Shown: positions 56,688-64,000 of the stretch, piece by piece
How positions within the stretch are numbered: position 1 is the first letter of the stretch
Layout of the letters: each line of letters starts with the position of its first letter
Source of the DNA: a bacterium
GTDB lineage: Bacteria > RBG-13-61-14 > DATKZS01
Assembly: GCA_963674965.2 (NCBI GenBank)
Contig: CAXXFL010000002.1
Coordinates: 448,001 to 512,000, forward strand
Reading direction: 5' to 3'
DNA length: 64,000 nucleotides
Made by a program: the position numbers and the translations under genes
Notes under the pieces: model-generated
Databases searched by the model: none
Told to the model about the DNA's origin: nothing
Seen by the model: only the letters and a program-made list of their open reading frames with translations

Positions 56688-57598
56688 TCCACCAGTTCTC
56701 CCTTGTTCTCCATTTCCTTTACGATCGTCTCGTACCTTTCCATGTCCAGCTCGTACTTGTTGCCCAGGAAGGCCCTGTCCCGGGCCTCGGCGTAAAGGCG
56801 GTGGCCGAAGTAACCCGAAAGCTCGTCGCAAAGGGACATGATCTGTTCGCCCGGCACCCATTTCTCGAGCTTGCCCTCAGTCGCGTTAAAGAGGCAGTCG
56901 TTGAAGATGGCGTGGGTCACGACGTAAAGGGGGTAATCGGAAAGGTCCCGCTGCATGGCCAGGAACTTGCCCTCGATCTCGGGGTTATAGAACCTGAACC
57001 AGCGCGAGTAAAAAAGCGCGCCGTGGTAGTGCTCGGGCACGTCCAGGACGCCGGTCCTTCCCGTTTCTTTAACCACCTCGCTGACGAGGGGGATAAAGTT
57101 CTGAAGGACGCCGAGACCCGGATACCGCTGATGGGGCAGGGCGGGCCTTTTGTCCTTGAATTCCTCCCTCGGGTTCTGCAGCATCATCCAGTCCACCAGG
57201 ATCATCGAGTGCGAGCCGATATACACGCCCTCCAGGAACTGCTCGCGCGGGGTAAAGGTCCCCTCCCGAAGCCGGAGCTCGATAAGGATGTGGTCGTAGT
57301 CCCTTACCCCCTCGTAAACGTAAAGCCGGTGGTTGAACACCTGGTTCATCCGCAACTCTACCTTTATGTCCTTAAACCCGAGTTCCTCGATCTGGCGCAT
57401 GATGCCGTACTTGTGAAGAAGCTCGGTGATGGCGTCGACGTCGTACTTGCCGAGAAAAAGATCGTTGGCCGGGGCCTTGGTGATCTCAGATAGAAGCTCG
57501 GCCTCGGAAAGGTTCATGGTTATGCCCTCGATGCGGTCGTGACCATCGAAGTCCATGTACGTCAGCTTTTGCAGTTTTCCTCGAAACTCCTCGAACAT
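56684..57598 (-). CDS. Conserved hypothetical protein
   Basis: RBS GGAGG 57605-57609; WMMLQNPR..RPALPHQRYPGLG, PEHYHGA; overlaps the next start (ATGA). Confidence 0.75.
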   Translation of the reverse strand: MFEEFRGKLQKLTYMDFDGHDRIEGITMNLSEAELLSEITKAPANDLFLGKYDVDAITELLHKYGIMRQIEELGFKDIKVELRMNQVFNHRLYVYEGVRDYDHILIELRLREGTFTPREQFLEGVYIGSHSMILVDWMMLQNPREEFKDKRPALPHQRYPGLGVLQNFIPLVSEVVKETGRTGVLDVPEHYHGALFYSRWFRFYNPEIEGKFLAMQRDLSDYPLYVVTHAIFNDCLFNATEGKLEKWVPGEQIMSLCDELSGYFGHRLYAEARDRAFLGNKYELDMERYETIVKEMENKGELVE

Positions 57599-57750
57599 GG
57601 GAAACCTCCAGTACCTCCATTTTGCCATGTACCGGCCAGGCGGGCAACTGTCATGAAAACCGTCAGGGAAAAAATCCAGCCGATCGGAAACCGGATGTTG
57701 ACTAACTCGCGGCCTCGTACTATTTTTAACCAACTCCAAGGAGGAAGGCT

Positions 57751-58806
57751 ATGGATAAAGTGCGACTGGGGGTCATCGGATGCGGACGCATCTCCGACCT
57801 TAATATACTGGGATACCTGGACCATCCCCAATGCGAGATCGCCGCGGTCTGCGACCTGGACGAGAAGCTGGGAAGACGCCGTCAGAAGGAATGGAGCGCT
57901 GGCTACTACGCTCGGGACTATCGGGAGATATTCAAAGACCCCGAGGTTGACGCGGTCGAGATTCTGGCGCCCCACCGCTTTCATCATCCCATGGTCATCG
58001 AGGCGGCCAGGGCGGGCAAGCACGTGTCGGTCCAAAAGCCCATGTGCATAAGCCTTCGGGAGGCCGACGAGATGATCGCCGCCTGCCGCGAGGCGGGCGT
58101 GAAGCTGAAGGTTTTCGAAAATTTCGTTTTTTATCCTCCCTACCGCAAGGCCAAGGAACTGATCGAGGCGGGCGAGATAGGGGATCCTCTTTCAATCAAC
58201 ATTAAGCTGGGAGGCGGCGTGGGCGGATGGTGGGTCCCTCTCAAGACCTGGCTCTGGCGCCTGGACTACGAGGAGTGCGGCGGGGGCCCCAGCGTTTACG
58301 ACGACGGCTTCCACAAGCTCTCGATCGCGAGGTGGTTCCTCGGCGAGATAGACTCGGTCAAGGCCTGGATAGACTTCACCTTCGGCGTGATCGACATGCC
58401 GGCCATGATTACATGGCGCTACGCCGACGAGTCGAGGCTCGGTACGTGGGAGGTCAACAACTCGCCGGGCATGATGGTCCAGGGCAAATATTACACGGCG
58501 GACGAGCGCGTCGAGATCGTGGGCACAAAGGGGTATCTTTGGGTCACCCGATGCACGGCCAGGCTGAGCGAGATTCCTTCCCTTTACCTTTATCGAGACG
58601 GAGAGAGCCGGGCCTTTGACGGCATCCGGGACGACTGGGGCGACTCTTTCCATGACTCGGGCCGGGACTTTATCGACTGCCTCCTCGAGGACCGGCCGCC
58701 CTTTTTATCCGGCGAGGACGGAAAGGCCCTGATGAAGTTCTGGCTCGCCATCGAGCGGAGCGCGAACGAGGGACGCGAGGTGTCCCTCTCGGAGATGGAA
58801 CCATGA
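57751..58806 (+). CDS. Gfo/Idh/MocA family oxidoreductase
   Basis: GVIGCGRIS, AGKHVSVQKPM, YDDGFH. Confidence 0.92.
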   Translation: MDKVRLGVIGCGRISDLNILGYLDHPQCEIAAVCDLDEKLGRRRQKEWSAGYYARDYREIFKDPEVDAVEILAPHRFHHPMVIEAARAGKHVSVQKPMCISLREADEMIAACREAGVKLKVFENFVFYPPYRKAKELIEAGEIGDPLSINIKLGGGVGGWWVPLKTWLWRLDYEECGGGPSVYDDGFHKLSIARWFLGEIDSVKAWIDFTFGVIDMPAMITWRYADESRLGTWEVNNSPGMMVQGKYYTADERVEIVGTKGYLWVTRCTARLSEIPSLYLYRDGESRAFDGIRDDWGDSFHDSGRDFIDCLLEDRPPFLSGEDGKALMKFWLAIERSANEGREVSLSEMEP

Positions 58807-59099
58807 AAAGCATCGCGGTAAAAATCGGCGCGGCGATTGGAGTGTGGCTTCTAAAGCTCCTTATTGGCCGTCTTCCCGACCTGGTTCTGGCTCGGCTTTT
58901 TCGGGGGGTCGAGCGGCTCGTATACGCGGCGACGGGAGACGAGGCGGCCGCGGGAGCGGCGGCGGAAGTGGCGGACATCTTCGAAAGCGGCCCTCCTTTC
59001 ACCGTCACCGTGAGAAAAATGGCGGCGGCGGCCGACCCCGAGCTGATCGCGGGGATTATGTCGTGTCTCTTCGCCAAGTCTCCCTACGGCGCGGCTTAG
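58803..59099 (+). CDS. Hypothetical protein
   Basis: 98 aa, ATGA-coupled to the upstream gene. Confidence 0.6.
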   Translation: MKSIAVKIGAAIGVWLLKLLIGRLPDLVLARLFRGVERLVYAATGDEAAAGAAAEVADIFESGPPFTVTVRKMAAAADPELIAGIMSCLFAKSPYGAA

Positions 59100-59119
59100 A
59101 AGACGTCAAGGATAAAGAC

Positions 59120-60163
59120 ATGGGTTTCTGGAAAAGATTGAAGGGTGAGAAGGAAGCCGCAAAGCCGGCGGTCAAGGTCGCGGCGATCGGAGATGGAACC
59201 GAGGCGAAAAGGATGGCCGCTGCCCTCGAACTGGCCAGGGACGTCGATCTCGTGGGGTCCGAGATAGTCGAGCACGCCGACGGGCTAGTTCGCCGTCCGG
59301 TCCTTTCTCCTCCCTCGCTGGCGCGCTTCGAGGAAATAATCCGCGTTCCCGGACTCGCGGCCATCGAGATCGAGGCCCCGCCCGAGAAGCGCCTCGAGCT
59401 GGCCCAGGCCTCCATCAAGGCCGGGCTTTTCACCTCCATCGACCCGCCCGCAAGGGCCGGCGAGATCGAGGAGCTAAAGAAACTGGCCCGAGCCTACGGC
59501 GTTGGTTTTCGGGTCAGGCTGCTTCCCTTTTATTATCCTCCCTACCTGGAATTGATTCGGCTGGCCGATGAGGAGGCCCTGGGGCCGCCCACTTGCGTCA
59601 AGCTGGGCGTCAAAAGGGGGGGAGGACCCGCGCCGGCGGACCTCGACCCGGTCCGGTGGATTATCGAGAATGAAATCGGCTTTCTGGCCCTGGCCTCGAG
59701 GCTGTTGGGAAAGGTCTGCCTGGTCCATGCCCGGCTGGAGCGGGCCTCGACGAATAACAACCCCGCCAGCTCGGTCATATCGATGAAGTTCAAGGAACCG
59801 CGACGGTTCGGGTATTTCCAACTGGACTTCTGTCCCGACATGTTCATCAAGACCGAAACCGACCCGGTCCATAGGTTCATCGAGCTTACCTCGGCGGGCG
59901 GCGTGATCATGTCCACGCGGGGGGAAGGACAGACCTTAAAAATGCCGGCCCTTATAGTCAGAGGAAAATCGACCACCACGGCCTTCGAGATGATAAGGGA
60001 CGACTGGGTGGCCGTTTACGACAACCTGGCCCAGGAGACGGCCCCCTGGGTGAGAGGCAAGCGCGATCCCTCGCCCGTCACGGATTGCCTTATGGACGCC
60101 CTCTCCCTGATGGCCCTGGCCAAGGAGAGCGCGGAAAAAGGAGACGAGGTCAAAGCCGGATAG
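59120..60163 (+). CDS. Divergent Gfo/Idh/MocA-like protein
   Basis: KVAAIGDG, FYYPPY (cf. FYPPY in 57751 ORF), similar C-terminal layout; start ATG 59120. Confidence 0.65.
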   Translation: MGFWKRLKGEKEAAKPAVKVAAIGDGTEAKRMAAALELARDVDLVGSEIVEHADGLVRRPVLSPPSLARFEEIIRVPGLAAIEIEAPPEKRLELAQASIKAGLFTSIDPPARAGEIEELKKLARAYGVGFRVRLLPFYYPPYLELIRLADEEALGPPTCVKLGVKRGGGPAPADLDPVRWIIENEIGFLALASRLLGKVCLVHARLERASTNNNPASSVISMKFKEPRRFGYFQLDFCPDMFIKTETDPVHRFIELTSAGGVIMSTRGEGQTLKMPALIVRGKSTTTAFEMIRDDWVAVYDNLAQETAPWVRGKRDPSPVTDCLMDALSLMALAKESAEKGDEVKAG

Positions 60164-60183
60164 CAGGGCGGGTGGCTGATTAT

Positions 60184-61221
60184 TCACCCCCCCCCTCGCG
60201 AGGACTCGGTCGAGAGTGGGGGATCGCAGTCCGGCCTGAACGACTCGGTTTCCATGTCCGATGCCGTCCAGGTAGCGGAGTTTCCGGGCTTCATGAATAT
60301 AACCAACTCGACCGGATCGAATACCAGCGACAGCCCCTCGTTTCCCGCCAAGGATATTTCCAGCGTCTCCGGCTTGTCATGCTTTTCGCAAAGCCCCGTC
60401 CTCGAGACTTCCCGGATGGCCAGGAGCGAGTCGGACTTGGACTTGCCCGGATAGCCGACGCAGCCCCTGGCGTTCATGGAGGCGACCGATCCCACTCGGC
60501 CGGGCAAGGTGATGGCCGCGACCTTGTGGGAGTCGCTCTGGTGATAAAAGATCAGCACCCAATTCGGCGCCTTGAACTTCGAGTCCTCCTCGCCGGACTC
60601 GATACTGGAGGCCCAGGCGGCGTCTTCGTTTTCCGGACCGCCATCAGTGGGCGGCTTTGACGCGCCGACTTCAAAGTCATCATAGATCGCGTTCAGCCAG
60701 GCCAACTCGTCGATCCCCACGCCCGAGCCCTCGGACATGCCCTTTAACTCCTCGCGGGCCCAGCCCGGCCAGATGGATTGATACTGAGCGACGGCCCGGG
60801 TCATCTCCATCATGTAGGCGGTTTTTCCCAGGCCCCTTCTCGTTCTTTCCCGGATCAGCCTTTGCCGGATTTCCTCTTTGAGCATGGCCCCGTGCTGGTG
60901 TCCCATCTCGAAGGGTGAGCCGTACAGATGAAGGATTGCAAGTTCATTAAAGGCCTCGAGGGTCCCTTCCCCAAAGTGCCCGTCCTTCATCACGATGCTC
61001 TTTCGAGTCACGGCCGGTTTTCGATCCAAGGGAGGGCACCGGTCGTAAATGGGCCGGACGGCCACATGGCCGGTCTCGGATGGAGAGGAAACTTCGCTTT
61101 CCGTCACCTGTCCGTTGGCGGGGGACGGGCAAAAAAAGAAAGCCGCGATCGCGGTCGCCAGTATGGCGGGCTTAAACAGATTAGAAAAACCGGCGCGGCC
61201 ACTCTTCAACGTTTTCTCCAA
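60184..61221 (-). CDS. Exported C45/Ntn-hydrolase-like protein, divergent
   Basis: LHLYGSPFEMGHQHG..EELKGMSEGSG, GSVASMNARG; start uncertain. Confidence 0.55.
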   Translation of the reverse strand: MEKTLKSGRAGFSNLFKPAILATAIAAFFFCPSPANGQVTESEVSSPSETGHVAVRPIYDRCPPLDRKPAVTRKSIVMKDGHFGEGTLEAFNELAILHLYGSPFEMGHQHGAMLKEEIRQRLIRERTRRGLGKTAYMMEMTRAVAQYQSIWPGWAREELKGMSEGSGVGIDELAWLNAIYDDFEVGASKPPTDGGPENEDAAWASSIESGEEDSKFKAPNWVLIFYHQSDSHKVAAITLPGRVGSVASMNARGCVGYPGKSKSDSLLAIREVSRTGLCEKHDKPETLEISLAGNEGLSLVFDPVELVIFMKPGNSATWTASDMETESFRPDCDPPLSTESSRGGG

Positions 61222-63308
61222 AAGTGATCATGGCTGGCTTTGGCTTGATCGAGGTCAGTCGCCGCTTTTTTCAGGATTTCCTCATTTTGTCCAAGTGCGG
61301 ACAAAAGCTCGAGTTCCTGTCTTGCTTTCTCGATCGAGCGTCCATCAAGGGAACCGTAAATGGCATAAACCTGGAAGAGCCCGTAGATGGCTCTGGCGTT
61401 TCTTATGTTTTGCCGCTTCATCATTTCGTACAACTGCCTCGCGTGCTCGAGGTATCCCGCGTTGTAATACTCGTCGGCCTTTTGAAGCATGGCCATGACG
61501 TTGGTGGGGTCCGATCCCAAGTCGGCCCTGATCGGTTTTCCTCCGACCTGGTAGAGGCTGAATAGCTTGTGGTACTTGGGATAGTAGCGGCGGTAAACCA
61601 GTGGAGCCCCGGGTAGAGGGTCGGGATCGGTCACCAGTTCCTTCAAGTCGGGCCGGTACCTTTGCACGGAAGTGCTGCCGATGAACACGTAGTCGCACTC
61701 TCCCCTTTGAACCTGCTCTCTTACTCCATCCACTGTGGGGGCTATATCCACATGGAGTCCGTCCAGGTAATAGGCGGCGTAGGGCTTTCGAGCGGCCACG
61801 CGTTTGCCAGCCGGTATGTCCAGTATCTTTCGGGCGTCCTCCATCGACTCGCGGTGGCCCGAGACGGTCTTGCCCGCGAAGTTCCTCATCGAGTAAAAAT
61901 AACGGGTAAAGGCCGCGTCCTTTGCGCCCTCGACGATGAAATATCCCGTCGCCGCCAAAACGGCCACAAGCGCCGCGCCCAGCGCGTAAGGTCCAATTTT
62001 TCCGGCCCGCCGGCCGGCCCAGGCGGGGGCCATGGCCGCTCCCCTTCCCGCCCAGAGCGTGGCCAGGGCCATGGCCTGGAGGTAATACCTGGCGTCGACC
62101 ACGTAGGGGGTGACGAGGGCGTAGGCGACCATCACGGACAGAACGAAGACGATAAGAGAAATCTCCTGAGGCATGCGGGGTTTTTCCCGGATGGGAATAA
62201 ATAACAACCCTAAAAGCGCGAGCGGATAAAACGTGAAGGGAACGAACTTGGACGCTTCCCGGTTGTAGTCGATTACTAAAGATATCGTCTTGGAAACGGT
62301 CTTGAACAAGCTGAAGCTCTCGCGCTCCCACTTGTCCTTGTCCGCTTGAGACGCGGCCTCCACGTCCCTTGGACCCGTGCCTTTTGCGTATCCCATGAGG
62401 TCCGCCTGGAAATACTCGACCATCCTGAGCGTGGGCCGAAGCTTTCCCGTGTGGACCTTGACGAAGACCCAGAAAGGGGCCGAGACCAGGACGAAGGCCA
62501 GTGCCGCCGCGCCCCCCGCGAGGCCGATCTTTTTCCATGACTCCTTTTCGGCGCCGTTATTGACGGCCCAATAAGCGGCGGCGGCCAGGGCGAGGAAGAT
62601 ATATCCGAATCCGACGTCCCGGGTCAAATAGGACAGGGCGCAAAGGGCGCCCACCGCCGCGCCCCTTGGCCAGGATGGCTTTTCCAGGAAATGAAAGAGC
62701 GAGAGCACGGTCAGGACGGTAAGGAAAGTATAAGCGTCCTCCGTAAGTATCTGTCCGGTGTAGCGCGTCGAGAGGGGAAGTATTCCGAAGAACAGGCAGG
62801 CGAACAGGGCGCACCATTTATTGCCCATTTTCAAGCCAAGGAGAAAAAGCGGGACCGCCGTCAGGCCGCCGAGCAATATGGAGACCCAGGTCCCGAAGTT
62901 CTCGGGGTCCGCCCCCATCTTGATACCGGCCGCGATCAGGGCCGGATATAAAGGGACCACGCGGCGGGAATTGATAAGGCCCTTGTCAAGGTCGAAGCCG
63001 CTCCTGAAATAGTCGCCCGAGGCGACGTCCTTGGCCAGCGCGAGGTATTGAAAGTTGTCCGGACCCTTGGCGTAAAAATGGGCGGAGTAATACCGAAGTC
63101 CCAGACAAAACAGAAGGCAAAGCAAGATAAGCGCCGCGGGATGGGCAAGGCGGTCGATTTTCGCCGCCAGTTTGGCAAGGGCCGGGTCCTGGCCGTCCGC
63201 CTTCGCGCCGGCGGCGGGAGCGTCCCGCTTCTTGCCCGCCTCCTTTACCTTGGACTTGGTCGGCGTTTTTTCGGGGCCTCCCTTTTTGCTCGCGGTTTTT
63301 CGCGTCAT
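61206..63308 (-). CDS. GT-C (PMT/ArnT-like) membrane glycosyltransferase with C-terminal TPR-like region
   Basis: [29 protein letters not shown]; many TM helices; [15 protein letters not shown]. Confidence 0.8.
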   Translation of the reverse strand: MTRKTASKKGGPEKTPTKSKVKEAGKKRDAPAAGAKADGQDPALAKLAAKIDRLAHPAALILLCLLFCLGLRYYSAHFYAKGPDNFQYLALAKDVASGDYFRSGFDLDKGLINSRRVVPLYPALIAAGIKMGADPENFGTWVSILLGGLTAVPLFLLGLKMGNKWCALFACLFFGILPLSTRYTGQILTEDAYTFLTVLTVLSLFHFLEKPSWPRGAAVGALCALSYLTRDVGFGYIFLALAAAAYWAVNNGAEKESWKKIGLAGGAAALAFVLVSAPFWVFVKVHTGKLRPTLRMVEYFQADLMGYAKGTGPRDVEAASQADKDKWERESFSLFKTVSKTISLVIDYNREASKFVPFTFYPLALLGLLFIPIREKPRMPQEISLIVFVLSVMVAYALVTPYVVDARYYLQAMALATLWAGRGAAMAPAWAGRRAGKIGPYALGAALVAVLAATGYFIVEGAKDAAFTRYFYSMRNFAGKTVSGHRESMEDARKILDIPAGKRVAARKPYAAYYLDGLHVDIAPTVDGVREQVQRGECDYVFIGSTSVQRYRPDLKELVTDPDPLPGAPLVYRRYYPKYHKLFSLYQVGGKPIRADLGSDPTNVMAMLQKADEYYNAGYLEHARQLYEMMKRQNIRNARAIYGLFQVYAIYGSLDGRSIEKARQELELLSALGQNEEILKKAATDLDQAKASHDHFWRKR

Positions 63309-63482
63309 AAGAAGACATATTATGGGGGCGGGAGGCCCAAGTCAAAGAATGGCGCCCCTGGCTCGCTGGATGGATTCCCGCGAAAAGAGGGGGAGGGGAC
63401 CTCGTCGAGGAATAGTCCCGGTTTGTCGCTAGGGTCCCAAGGGGATAAAATTTCCCCTAAGGAAACGAGGGAGGAGGAAAAA

Positions 63483-64000
63483 ATGGCAACGAGGAAAAAG
63501 GCGAAAAAAGGCGCGGGAAAAAAGGACGAGGTACTGATCGCCCCGTCCATTCTTTCCGCTGATTTCGGCCGCCTGGCCGAGGAGGTCAAGGCCGTGACCA
63601 AGGCCGGCGCCGACTGGATTCACGTCGACGTCATGGACGGGAGGTTCGTGCCCAACATCACCATCGGTCCCATGTTCGTCGAGGTGGTCCGCCGGGCCAC
63701 GGACCTTCCCATCGACGTGCATCTCATGATAGTCGAGCCCGAGAAGTACATCGACGACTTCGTGAGGGCCGGCGCGGACGTGATTACGGTCCACGTCGAG
63801 ACCTGTCCTCACCTCCACCGCGCCGTGCAGCAGATCAGGGAGGCCGGAGAGAAGCTTAAACCGCGGCGCAAGGTCAAGGCGGCCGTCACTCTCAATCCGC
63901 ACACCTCGCTTTCTGCCCTGGATTACATCCTGCCCGACGTGGACATGGTCCTGTTAATGAGCGTCAACCCCGGCTTCGGGGGGCAGAAGTTCATTCCCCA
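63483..64000 (+). CDS. rpe: Ribulose-phosphate 3-epimerase, runs off window end
   Basis: [45 protein letters not shown]. Confidence 0.96.
   Translation, partial: MATRKKAKKGAGKKDEVLIAPSILSADFGRLAEEVKAVTKAGADWIHVDVMDGRFVPNITIGPMFVEVVRRATDLPIDVHLMIVEPEKYIDDFVRAGADVITVHVETCPHLHRAVQQIREAGEKLKPRRKVKAAVTLNPHTSLSALDYILPDVDMVLLMSVNPGFGGQKFIP

Overview
This 64 kb window is GC-rich bacterial chromosome. The gene content suggests an anaerobic Deltaproteobacteria/Desulfobacterota-like organism (inference). Housekeeping and metabolic genes include acyl-CoA dehydrogenase, a FAD-oxidoreductase/CCG Fe-S/FAD-oxidoreductase operon, TetR-ETF(beta/alpha)-FixC-FixX, acyl-CoA ligase, a B12 radical SAM enzyme, MATE, Na/Pi cotransporter plus PhoU, rpiB and rpe. 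Accessory features are: (i) an intact 1764-bp ISNCY-type IS with a 6-bp target duplication, a decayed relic of a related transposase, and a 185-bp MITE/REP-like hairpin element; (ii) three secreted fibre-like proteins sharing an N-terminal 'INYQGRL' module; (iii) a partly AT-rich 6.8-kb array (31838-38677) bounded by a ~975-bp direct repeat; (iv) an Xis-like HTH gene with direct-repeat operator followed by a TM-TPR-FHA-AAA+ protein; (v) a rSAM/SPASM-lipoprotein pair. In the array, secreted proteins with an interchangeable 'SGFCAYFxPNGxANARRV' C-terminus are each followed by a Cys-rich lipoprotein. It resembles a polymorphic effector/immunity cassette system and is the best candidate for an undescribed system. 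No tRNA, rRNA or CRISPR array was seen. All family calls come from motif recognition by eye, not database searches.
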